Made by a program: the position numbers and the translations under genes. A stretch of 64,000 bases of DNA from contig DYGS01000001.1 of NCBI GenBank assembly GCA_020724585.1, positions 422,002 through 486,001 of the forward strand, read 5' to 3'. A model generated the notes under the pieces. It was not told the origin of the DNA. It saw nothing but the letters and a program-made list of their open reading frames with translations, and ran no database searches. This DNA comes from Candidatus Microgenomatus sp. GTDB taxonomy: Bacteria; Patescibacteriota; Microgenomatia; UBA8517. Shown one piece after another: positions 25,183 through 33,760 of the stretch (within the stretch, counting starts at the first letter, position 1; each line of letters begins with the position of its first letter).

Positions 25183-25704
25183 ATGAGAAAACTAATTGCA
25201 GTTTTGATACTTAGCTTTCTAGTTTTTAACTTCAGTTCTTCTGTTTTAGCTCAATCTCCCAGCCCCAAATCACGCCAAACAGAAAAACGAGTTGAGAAAA
25301 TGGAAGAGGTAGGGGATAGATTTAGTGCAGTAAGAAGAGAAAGAATCGCCAATTTTTCAAATAGAATGGTTATAAAACTTGAAGCCTTGATTGAGAGGCT
25401 GGAAAAACTTATAGAAAGAATTGAAACACGAATTAAGAAAATTGAAGAGTCTAATTCTGATATTAATTTAACCGATGCAAAGGAGGACCTTGCATTAGCC
25501 AAAAAAGACTTAGAAGATACTAAGGCAGAGTTCACAGCACTTAAAGGTAAACTTGATGAAATTATAAATGAAGACAATCCAAAAGAAGCGTTTAAGCAGG
25601 TTCGCGTTCAATTCAGACTAGTTATGGAGAATCTACGCGGCGTTCACGCTAATCTAGTTAAATTGATTGGCGACATTAAAGGTTTAAGAGTAGGAAATAA
25701 ATAA
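25183..25704 (+). CDS. Secreted coiled-coil hypothetical protein
   Basis: Signal peptide (VLA-Q), heptad-rich body. Confidence 0.75.
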   Translation: MRKLIAVLILSFLVFNFSSSVLAQSPSPKSRQTEKRVEKMEEVGDRFSAVRRERIANFSNRMVIKLEALIERLEKLIERIETRIKKIEESNSDINLTDAKEDLALAKKDLEDTKAEFTALKGKLDEIINEDNPKEAFKQVRVQFRLVMENLRGVHANLVKLIGDIKGLRVGNK

Positions 25705-25706
25705 AT

Positions 25707-25946
25707 ATGAAAAATAGGGCTGTTGTTGCACTACTTGCGATTTTGGTAATAATTATAGGTGTTTTAGCTTTCGTTATATCTGATTATGATTTTAGTCAAA
25801 CAAAAAAGTATAGAAATGAGTTAACAAAAATTGAAAGTACTTCTGAGTCTGATGAAATTGAGGATATTGAAAATGACTTAAATTCTACTAGTTTTGAAAA
25901 CATCGACTCTGAGCTTAATAGTCTTGAAGGTGAACTCTCTTACTAA
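25707..25946 (+). CDS. Small membrane-anchored acidic protein
   Basis: N-terminal TM, acidic tail, operonic spacing. Confidence 0.7.
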   Translation: MKNRAVVALLAILVIIIGVLAFVISDYDFSQTKKYRNELTKIESTSESDEIEDIENDLNSTSFENIDSELNSLEGELSY

Positions 25947-26522
25947 ATGTTTAAGTCAATTTTAGCCCCCATTATTGGTGTTATATTGTTTATTGTTTTC
26001 GTCGGTCTTTTATATCAAGGCAAAATGCCGTTTATAACAGCATTCAAGAAAACCACGGGCGATAAGCCCGTGGATGAATTGAACGCTGATATGTCATCCT
26101 CGTTTAGACGGATACCCCGCCAGTATGGCAGGGAGGATGTCATTAATAATAATCAAAAGTCAGTTACTATAAACAACAAAGAAATTAAAGTAGAAGTCGC
26201 CAAAACAAATGAAGAAAGGGCAAAGGGCTTATCAGGTAGAGACTCTCTTGAAGCAGATTCAGGCATGCTCTTCATTTTTAATAATCAAAAGCCTATTTTT
26301 TGGATGAAAGATACAAAAGTCGCACTCGATATCATCTGGATTAACGATTTAAAAATTGTCGGGATTAATAAAGATGTCCAACCGGAGCCTGGCGTTTCGG
26401 AAGATAAATTAAAAAAGTATCCCGCCCCAGAAGAAATCGATTTAGTTTTAGAAGTTAGCGCAGGTTACTCAGACAAAAATAATATCAAAGTAGGTGACAA
26501 TGTAGAGCTTAATAATATCTAA
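25947..26522 (+). CDS. DUF192 family protein with a 36-codon in-frame mobile insertion
   Basis: VEVAKT.EER.KGLSGR, GMLFIF, FWMKDT...LDIIW, VLEV.AG. Confidence 0.9.
   Translation: MFKSILAPIIGVILFIVFVGLLYQGKMPFITAFKKTTGDKPVDELNADMSSSFRRIPRQYGREDVINNNQKSVTINNKEIKVEVAKTNEERAKGLSGRDSLEADSGMLFIFNNQKPIFWMKDTKVALDIIWINDLKIVGINKDVQPEPGVSEDKLKKYPAPEEIDLVLEVSAGYSDKNNIKVGDNVELNNI
26036..26143 (+). mobile_element. 108-bp IS200/IS605-type miniature element, copy 2 (intragenic, in frame)
   Basis: After TTAT 26032-26035; hairpins CCACGGGC-GATAA-GCCCGTGG and CCCCGCCA-GTA-TGGCAGGG; ends GATGTCAT. Confidence 0.88.
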
Positions 26523-26523
26523 T

Positions 26524-27732
26524 TTATTTACCAAAGGCTATTCTATCTTTAATTAGATCATTTGTATTTGCCATTCTTGCAGGATAAATTGTATGTTCAC
26601 CAAATCTATTATTAATGCTATCTAAACTTTTATTTAGTTTGTCTTTTTTAACAATATCTTCAAAAACTTCAAGTTGAAGATTACTTTTGTCTTTAAGTCC
26701 AAATGTTGATATGGCTATATTTCTAAAATCATTTTTAATAGGACTTAAATTAAGTAACCTACTTATCTCAAAATATAAGTCATTAGAATCAAATATTTCT
26801 TTTTGAGTTTTTCTTCCCATATGCCAAGAATTATTACTTCTATCTTGAACATATAAATGAACCCCTGTTGCTTTTAAATTACTATTTCTAAGTCTCAAAC
26901 CTGTTTTTTGTACTAATTTAGTTATAATTTCTTTATACTTATTGCTATCACTTTTGGCTATAGCATATGAGTTACCATATGTTTTTTGTGGAGCTTGTGA
27001 ATAACTATCATCAACATCATAACCCCTTAAATTTAAAAACCAATAATAGCCATTTATGCCTCCAAAGGCTATTTTTAATTTAGATAGGGAAGAACTGTAA
27101 AAATCTAAAACTGTTTTAATACCTACTAAGTTTAGTCTTCTGCTATTACCTTCTTTGATACCAGTTAAATCAGTTAATTTAAGGCCGCCAAAGACATCTA
27201 GGAAGTTATCTTTGTCTATAACACTTAATCCATCAGGCTTTTTTAAATTACTTGCAATTTTGGCCAAATATTTATTTGTTGATATACCTATTGAAACAGT
27301 AATATATTCACCAATTTCTTTTTTAATTTTTTCTTTAATTTCAAGACCGACCTTTAAAGGTGTAACCCTTAAAGGTTCTCGAATTTTGAGTTTTAGTACA
27401 AACTCATCAATTGACTTAGGCAAAAGTGAACTTGAATATTTACTTAATATCTTTTTTATTTTTTTATGTACGCATCTATATTTATTAGGATCAGGCAAAA
27501 GAGTAATAATATCAGGAACTAATTTTTTAGCATCAATTAATCTCCTTCCTGTTTTTACTCCAAACTTTTTAGCAGAATATGAAGCTGCAAGAATACAACC
27601 ACTAGGATTGAGATAACTACAAACTGCAACAGGCCTATCTCTTAAAAAGGGATTAGCCTGTTGCTCTATAGTTGCAAAACAAGAATTAACATCAAGATGA
27701 ATTATATTTGGTATGCTTTGATTAAACTGCAT
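26524..27732 (-). CDS. dinB: Y-family DNA polymerase IV
   Basis: HLDVNSCFA, AASY.AK.FGVKTG, SIDE, LAKIASNLKKPDGL. Confidence 0.92.
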   Translation of the reverse strand: MQFNQSIPNIIHLDVNSCFATIEQQANPFLRDRPVAVCSYLNPSGCILAASYSAKKFGVKTGRRLIDAKKLVPDIITLLPDPNKYRCVHKKIKKILSKYSSSLLPKSIDEFVLKLKIREPLRVTPLKVGLEIKEKIKKEIGEYITVSIGISTNKYLAKIASNLKKPDGLSVIDKDNFLDVFGGLKLTDLTGIKEGNSRRLNLVGIKTVLDFYSSSLSKLKIAFGGINGYYWFLNLRGYDVDDSYSQAPQKTYGNSYAIAKSDSNKYKEIITKLVQKTGLRLRNSNLKATGVHLYVQDRSNNSWHMGRKTQKEIFDSNDLYFEISRLLNLSPIKNDFRNIAISTFGLKDKSNLQLEVFEDIVKKDKLNKSLDSINNRFGEHTIYPARMANTNDLIKDRIAFGK

Positions 27733-27893
27733 ATAGAGATAATTGACAAGATTTGCTATAATACGCTTACTTGAAAAGTTTCCTTTGGGAAATTTCTTTT
27801 TAAGAGATAGAGTCAGCCAACCGTAGCCTCTAAACTATGCTTAAGTTGGGTTGCTAGGTCCAGACAGCCTAGCCCTTTAGATATATAGAAACT

Positions 27894-28130
27894 TTAATTT
27901 TTTTCATATATTTCCTCCAATTTCCATTGTAAATGCTTTGTATCTAATTGCAATTTCAAAAATAGACTATCTGAAACCACTGAAAAAACATGGTATAGGA
28001 TGTTTCCATTCTTAAAAGTATGATGAAGCCCTAATTTTTTAATTTCTATTTCTCTTCCTCTCCATTTAACAAGCTTTGGATATTTTTCAAAAACTACATC
28101 TACTACTTCGGATATTGTTAGTGCACTCAT
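27894..28130 (-). CDS. Small beta-rich protein upstream of dinB (DUF6504-like)
   Basis: P....WRGR...I...G.HH...FSV....L...W.LEE pattern. Confidence 0.6.
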   Translation of the reverse strand: MSALTISEVVDVVFEKYPKLVKWRGREIEIKKLGLHHTFKNGNILYHVFSVVSDSLFLKLQLDTKHLQWKLEEIYEKN

Positions 28131-28175
28131 AATTCATGTTAGTACCAAACAATCACCAAAGTCAATAAGTAAATA

Positions 28176-28658
28176 TTAAAGATTATGGTTAAAGTCTTCG
28201 TAATATGGATAATTATGGTCTGAGGATTCTTTTGGAATAACTTTTCCAAATTCTTTAACATCTTCAAATGTTCCGTGTGGGTCATTAATATTTTGAATAA
28301 TTGTTATCTTGTTTTTATAAAGACTGCAAACTTCTTTTATCTTGTCAAAATCCTCTTTGCTTATATCCCTTACTGGTACTCCGCAAAGGATTATTTTTGT
28401 TACTTGATCAGGAATTAAGGAAATTAGATTACAAGCAACAAGTGTTCCAATTGATTTGGCAATAATTCTTACATTATCATCTTTTAAATGTTTAACAATT
28501 AATTCTGCTTTTTCTTTTGGATCAAATCTAGAACTTTCATCACTCCAATGCATCCAATAAAAAGGTCTAATTATTCCATCCAGTTTTAAATTATTTGTAA
28601 CCTCATCAACCCAACTTTTGTTTATACTTGAGTATCCTGGTAGGATTAATGTTTGCAT
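28176..28658 (-). CDS. Alpha/beta hydrolase (YdeN-like)
   Basis: LILPGYS, AKSIG, QN.NDP, DHNY. Confidence 0.8.
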   Translation of the reverse strand: MQTLILPGYSSINKSWVDEVTNNLKLDGIIRPFYWMHWSDESSRFDPKEKAELIVKHLKDDNVRIIAKSIGTLVACNLISLIPDQVTKIILCGVPVRDISKEDFDKIKEVCSLYKNKITIIQNINDPHGTFEDVKEFGKVIPKESSDHNYPYYEDFNHNL

Positions 28659-28681
28659 ACCAATTATTATATAATATCTTT

Positions 28682-29665
28682 ATGTACAAGAAACTATTAA
28701 TTACTATTTCTTCATTCTTAATTTTTACTCTTGGTTGGTTTCTTTCTGATAATTACAAAAGATTTTTAAATCCTGATACAAGTTTGCCATCATGGAACAA
28801 ACCAAAACCCTTGGAAAAATACACAATTGAAAATTTAAGAAACAAAAATTTTGAGGTATCTAATATTAAAATTGTAGATACTAATTTATTTGAATATAGC
28901 GTTGAAGGCAAAAAAGTTACTGGGTGTCTTAATATTCCTAAAGAAAAAGGTAGTTATCCATTAGCCATATTGGTTCGAGGCTATGTTGACCAAAAAGAGT
29001 ATAAAACATGTGACGGAAGTAAAAAAATTGGTGAGTATCTATCTAATAATGGATATATCACATTATCACCAGACTTTTTAGGCTATGGCGGATCTGATAA
29101 AGAAACGAATAATATTTTTGAATCAAGATTTCAAACATACGTAACACTAATTACATTAATTGAATCAATTAAAAATTCTAATACTAATAAAGTATTAATA
29201 GATGAAGGTTGGGATGGCAATAATATTTTCATCTGGGCACACAGCAACGGAGGTCAAATTGTATTAACAGCACTTACAATAAAAAATTATAACTATCCTA
29301 CAGTTTTGTGGGCACCTGTTGTTGAAAGTTTTCCATATAATGTTCTTTATTTTACAAATGAAGCTGAAGACAAGGGAAAGTTTATAAGACAAGAACTAGC
29401 AAAATTTGAAAAAGATTATGATACAGACAAATATTCATTCACAAACTACCTTGAAAGTATAAATGCTCCAATTGAACTACATTTAGGAACAAATGACGAT
29501 GCCATACCTCTTGAATGGGCAAATAGATTTGTTAAAAGTATGCAAAAACTTGATAAACCTATTAAATACTATAAACACCCCAATCTTGATCATAATATGA
29601 TGCCTAATTGGAGTGATATAGCACAAAAAACCTTACAGTTTTTTGATATAAACCTTAAACCATAA
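28682..29665 (+). CDS. Membrane-anchored alpha/beta hydrolase (peptidase S9-like)
   Basis: TM helix, SPDFLGYGGSD, AHSNGG, GTNDD, DHN. Confidence 0.85.
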   Translation: MYKKLLITISSFLIFTLGWFLSDNYKRFLNPDTSLPSWNKPKPLEKYTIENLRNKNFEVSNIKIVDTNLFEYSVEGKKVTGCLNIPKEKGSYPLAILVRGYVDQKEYKTCDGSKKIGEYLSNNGYITLSPDFLGYGGSDKETNNIFESRFQTYVTLITLIESIKNSNTNKVLIDEGWDGNNIFIWAHSNGGQIVLTALTIKNYNYPTVLWAPVVESFPYNVLYFTNEAEDKGKFIRQELAKFEKDYDTDKYSFTNYLESINAPIELHLGTNDDAIPLEWANRFVKSMQKLDKPIKYYKHPNLDHNMMPNWSDIAQKTLQFFDINLKP

Positions 29666-29668
29666 AAC

Positions 29669-29920
29669 TTAACGGTTTTCTTGAGGCTTTGCCATGTTTA
29701 CATTCATAGCTCGACCATTAAGATCTTTACCGTTAGCTTCTAATGCTTTTTGAGCTTGTTCTTCTGTTTCCATTTCGACAAAACCGAATCCTCTTGACCT
29801 TCCGGTCATTCTATCCATTAGAACAACTGCGTCAACAACTGTACCGTATGCAGCAAAAAATGCTCTTAGGTCATCAGAAGTTGTAGCCCATGCTAAATTA
29901 CCAACAAACAATTTCTTCAT
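29669..29920 (-). CDS. RRM-domain RNA-binding protein
   Basis: RNP2 LFVGNL and RNP1 RGFGFVEM. Confidence 0.95.
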   Translation of the reverse strand: MKKLFVGNLAWATTSDDLRAFFAAYGTVVDAVVLMDRMTGRSRGFGFVEMETEEQAQKALEANGKDLNGRAMNVNMAKPQENR

Positions 29921-30159
29921 AAATTATTAAAAATTAGTTTTTCACCTCTTTTCTAGGAGCCGACCTTGGGGACACTAACCTTACAGAGGGCAAATGTAGT
30001 ATAATACTATTATGGATAAAAAGCAAAAGCCAAAAGCGATAAAAACTGCAAAGCCGCCTACCAGCTTTCCCTTTGTGCGCAAAATTACTTATGGTACAAA
30101 CAAGGGCTTTGCTGTAAACTCTCCCCAATTTAGAATTAATCAACACAAGGGGGCATAGC

Positions 30160-30966
30160 ATGGACAAAATAACATCATCCATAAAAAAGCTTGAAAACGG
30201 CAATATAGAAATATTGTTTTCAATTCCAGCTGGTTTGGTTCTGTCAGAGAAGTCAAAAGTTTTGGCGGAGTTTGGCAATGACCTAACAATTGCAGGTTTT
30301 AGAAAAGGGAAAGCTCCCATTTCAAAAGTTGAAGAAAATATAAGCGACGAAAAAGTTGTAGAGCATATTTTAAACCACTTACTACCCCAAGCATTTGTTA
30401 ACGCTTGCGAGGAACACAAAATAAGGCCTGCGATCTATCCTAAATTTGAAGTTCTTAAAATCACTACAACTAAAGACCTAACAAAAGATGGAGTTTGGGA
30501 AATAAAAGCTGTTACGGCTGAGCTTCCTGAAGTTGTCTTGCCAAAAGATATTAAAGCAAAACTTAAAAAAACAAAGGATGAAAATCAGCTAATTAAAAAA
30601 TTAGTTGATTTGGTAGATATCAGAATTCCCGAAGTTTTAATTAATGAAGAAGTCAACATCAAGCTTTCACAGGTTTTAGAAAGAATCGAAAAACTAGGAT
30701 TAACTCTCGAAGGCTATCTTAAGTCAGTTGGTAAAGATTCCCAAAAACTTCGCCAGGAATACAAAGAACAAGCTGTAAACTCAATAAGTTTGGAGCTTAT
30801 CTTAAATAAAATTGCAGCGGATCATAAAATTGAGGTTAGCAACTTAGAAATTGATGAATTTATAAAAACTACTGGTGAGAAAAAAGAGAATGTAAACAAA
30901 GAAAAAAGAGAGTTATTGTCTAGAATCTTGATGAGGAAAAAGGCTTTGGAATTTTTAAAAAAATAG
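30160..30966 (+). CDS. tig: Trigger factor, short form without the PPIase domain
   Basis: GFRKGKAP ribosome-binding signature; 268 aa. Confidence 0.85.
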   Translation: MDKITSSIKKLENGNIEILFSIPAGLVLSEKSKVLAEFGNDLTIAGFRKGKAPISKVEENISDEKVVEHILNHLLPQAFVNACEEHKIRPAIYPKFEVLKITTTKDLTKDGVWEIKAVTAELPEVVLPKDIKAKLKKTKDENQLIKKLVDLVDIRIPEVLINEEVNIKLSQVLERIEKLGLTLEGYLKSVGKDSQKLRQEYKEQAVNSISLELILNKIAADHKIEVSNLEIDEFIKTTGEKKENVNKEKRELLSRILMRKKALEFLKK

Positions 30967-30983
30967 GTGTACAATAGGCGCAT

Positions 30984-31619
30984 ATGAACGATAAAAGCAA
31001 TCAGAAATCAAAAACACAAAAACAGGTTTTAAATAAAAACATTTTGGAGTCTTTAAATACTATTGGTTCACAAGTAGTTGAGACTGCCAAAAATGAGACT
31101 AAAGCAATAAGTGATGAATTTATAAATCAACTTTTGGGTAGAAAACAAGCAGTTAAGAGGTCGGGTGAATTAACCGTGGGGCAAACGGTCGAGATGAATT
31201 CTCTAATCTCAGGAGAGGCTGAAAAACAAAAAAGATTATCCGAGCAGCTTTTCTTTGAACGGAGGCTTATCAATGAAGAAAAACAGGAAACAAGTAAAAA
31301 GTTGGGGGAGCTTCGTCTAAGACTTCAGGCAATCCAGACAGAAGCTGTCAAATTGGTTAATTCTACACAGAGTCTAACTGAAGAGGTAAAAACTGCAGTT
31401 TTTACGGGCAACACTCAACCAAGCGAATATCACATAGGCTTTTTTGAAAATATTATTCAAATGATCGTTTCATTTAGAAAGAAAATAGACAGTGCAATTA
31501 CTTGGCTTCAGGGAACAAATAAAAGAGCTGAAAAGAAAAATTATTGGGCTCAATATAAAAAGAAAGGGGCGAGTTTCCTGTTGTCTCCTGATCACTATTT
31601 ACAAAGATCTGCCGGTTGA
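30984..31619 (+). CDS. CPR conserved hypothetical protein (DUF5660-like)
   Basis: YH..FFE, I.SA..WL, KK.YW...KK.G..F.L........SAG C-terminus. Confidence 0.7.
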   Translation: MNDKSNQKSKTQKQVLNKNILESLNTIGSQVVETAKNETKAISDEFINQLLGRKQAVKRSGELTVGQTVEMNSLISGEAEKQKRLSEQLFFERRLINEEKQETSKKLGELRLRLQAIQTEAVKLVNSTQSLTEEVKTAVFTGNTQPSEYHIGFFENIIQMIVSFRKKIDSAITWLQGTNKRAEKKNYWAQYKKKGASFLLSPDHYLQRSAG

Positions 31620-31785
31620 CAAATTCCCCCTGATTTTATATTATCCTCAGTATGAATTTGATGTCTCACACACTTATCATTAGGTATCTTCCTTTTTGGA
31701 AGGCCTGATGTATGTGGTGAGAAATTCGCTTTAAATAATTAAAATAAAAAATTTATCTCACCACAAAAGGTGAGATTTTTTATTT
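31616..31785 (+). promoter_or_regulatory. Promoter plus putative attenuator with 18-aa leader ORF (31652-31708)
   Basis: TTGACA at 31616; TGTGGTGAGA can pair with TCTCACCACA of terminator ATCTCACC-ACAAAA-GGTGAGAT-T tract. Confidence 0.55.
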
Positions 31786-31806
31786 TTAAAAGGAGGTGAT
31801 CAAAAA

Positions 31807-32019
31807 ATGTCTAATGAAATAAACAATCCCAATACCAATAAAATACATGATGCAGATTCGCATCCTGTAATAATAGGACGGGATGCACAGCAAGTTCCGC
31901 AAAAAATAGGACAGGATGCACAGCAAGTTTCGGAAGATGGTAGGTATGGTTCATCCATGGTAACCGATGATGGCAAGGGCAAAGTGGAAGCCCCGCCTGC
32001 TCAAACGGATCAAGTTTAA
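31807..32019 (+). CDS. 70-aa hydrophilic peptide with an internal 11-aa tandem repeat
   Basis: Strong SD AAGGAGGTGA; IGRDAQQVPQK/IGQDAQQVSED. Confidence 0.7.
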   Translation: MSNEINNPNTNKIHDADSHPVIIGRDAQQVPQKIGQDAQQVSEDGRYGSSMVTDDGKGKVEAPPAQTDQV

Positions 32020-32107
32020 TCTATAAAAAGATTAAAATTGAAGGAGAACTTGACCCTGTTAGGTTATAAGTTCTCCCTCAAGGGATATTATACGCTTGAA
32101 TTTACAT

Positions 32108-33439
32108 ATGACAACAAAATATAGAGAATATCAAAATTTACTATCAAAATTTGTTGGTTTTAAAAGCATTTCTACTGATCCTAAATATGTAGGTGAGATT
32201 GGAAAAACTGCTTTATGGCTAAAAGAATTGTTCAAAAAAAATAGTTTTAGTGTAAAACTTTTAAAATCCAAAAGTGCTAATCCTGTAGTTTTTGCAAGGT
32301 ATAATATTACAAATAATAGCCAGACAGTGCTTATCTATGGCCATTATGATGTTCAACCTGCTGACAAATCAGATGGCTGGAATTCTGACCCATTTAAACT
32401 TACTGAGTCTAAAAATAGGTTGTTTGGAAGGGGAGTGGTCGATAACAAAGGTCAAATCCTGATTCATATCTTCACAGCCATTAATTTAATAAAACAAGGT
32501 AAACTCAATTACAATATAAAATTTCTGATTGAAGGCAATGAAGAAACTGGAAATACAACACTATCAAACATAATTAAAAAATACAAAAAGGAAATGGCTT
32601 GCAATTTTGTATTAGTATCTGACGGTGAGCTTACAAATAATAATCCCACGATTGAAACTTCTCTTAGAGGAGGATTTAACTGTACTTTGGTATATAAAAC
32701 TGCTAAAAATAATGTGCACTCAGGAATTTTTGGCGGTGCAATACCTAATGCCTCTCACGAGTTAATCAAATTTCTAGATAAAATATACAATTCAGACAAT
32801 TCAGTCTCCATCAAAGATTTTTATAAAAATGTCGATAAAATCAGTCATGATGAATTCAAAAATAATATAAAACTTATATCTGAAGCAGGTAATATTTGTA
32901 AACTAGCCGGAGTTAAAAAATTATTAACAGAAAAGAAATATGATTTTTTTACACAAACAGGTCTTAGGCCAACCATTCAAATTACCGGCCTTAAATCTGG
33001 TTATATAACCGAAGGATATTCAAATATTGTGCCCAATGAGGCTATGGCGAAAATAAATTTTAGAATTGTTGCATCTCAAAAAGCTAAACAAATTGCAAAG
33101 TTATTCGAGATGTTTGTCAAAGAAAATACTCCCGATTATGTTGGGTATAAATTGTCCTTCAGTGGATTGCATGACCCTGTAAAAGTTAGTTTAAATAATG
33201 ATTATGTAAAAGAAGCTGAAAAAATTCTTGAGAATATATATGGCAAAAAAACTTCAAGAAAGAATGTTGGCGGTGCAATTCCTTTCGTAGGGGATGTTAA
33301 ATCAATTTTAGGAGTTGATACACTTTTAGTGCCGCTTTCAAATGAAGATTGCAATATGCACGGAGCCAATGAAAACTTTGACATCAAACTCATCGAAAAA
33401 GGGTTAGAATTTAGTAAAAGGCTTCTCCAAAAACATTAA
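32108..33439 (+). CDS. M20 family metallo-dipeptidase
   Basis: YGHYDVQP, GRGVVDNKG, EGNEE, MHGANE. Confidence 0.92.
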   Translation: MTTKYREYQNLLSKFVGFKSISTDPKYVGEIGKTALWLKELFKKNSFSVKLLKSKSANPVVFARYNITNNSQTVLIYGHYDVQPADKSDGWNSDPFKLTESKNRLFGRGVVDNKGQILIHIFTAINLIKQGKLNYNIKFLIEGNEETGNTTLSNIIKKYKKEMACNFVLVSDGELTNNNPTIETSLRGGFNCTLVYKTAKNNVHSGIFGGAIPNASHELIKFLDKIYNSDNSVSIKDFYKNVDKISHDEFKNNIKLISEAGNICKLAGVKKLLTEKKYDFFTQTGLRPTIQITGLKSGYITEGYSNIVPNEAMAKINFRIVASQKAKQIAKLFEMFVKENTPDYVGYKLSFSGLHDPVKVSLNNDYVKEAEKILENIYGKKTSRKNVGGAIPFVGDVKSILGVDTLLVPLSNEDCNMHGANENFDIKLIEKGLEFSKRLLQKH

Positions 33440-33507
33440 ATGAGATATAATTATAATATAGTACGAAAAATACTTGGATTCTTTCACTTTTGGTGTAAGA
33501 GTACTTT

Positions 33508-33584
33508 GGATTCTTAGCTCAGTTGGCTAGAGCGCTTTCTTGACGTGAAAGAGGTCGCAGGTTCAAGTCCTGCAGGATCCACCA
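33508..33584 (+). tRNA. tRNA-Val(GAC)
   Basis: GGATTCTTAGCTCAGTTGG, loop ttGACgt, GGTTCAAGTCC, CCA. Confidence 0.95.
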
Positions 33585-33591
33585 GCTTTTC

Positions 33592-33662
33592 GGGCCCGTG
33601 GTATACCGGTAACATGCTTCCATGGCATGGAAGAGTAGCGGGTTCAATTCCCGCCGGGTCCA
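33592..33662 (+). tRNA. tRNA-Ala(GGC)
   Basis: GGGCCCG/CGGGTCC acceptor with G3:U70, loop atGGCat. Confidence 0.92.
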
Positions 33663-33760
33663 CCTCATTTAATTAAAAGCAAGAAATTATAATATCTGGT
33701 ATAATACAATAACCGCCAAATCATTGGTAAATAGGGCGGTTATTTTTTGACCTAAAATAT

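Noticed and set aside
27845-27875. SRP RNA or tmRNA in the dinB spacer
   Set aside because: Lacks the SRP GGAA tetraloop with CAGG/AGCA internal loop and lacks tmRNA tRNA-like ends.
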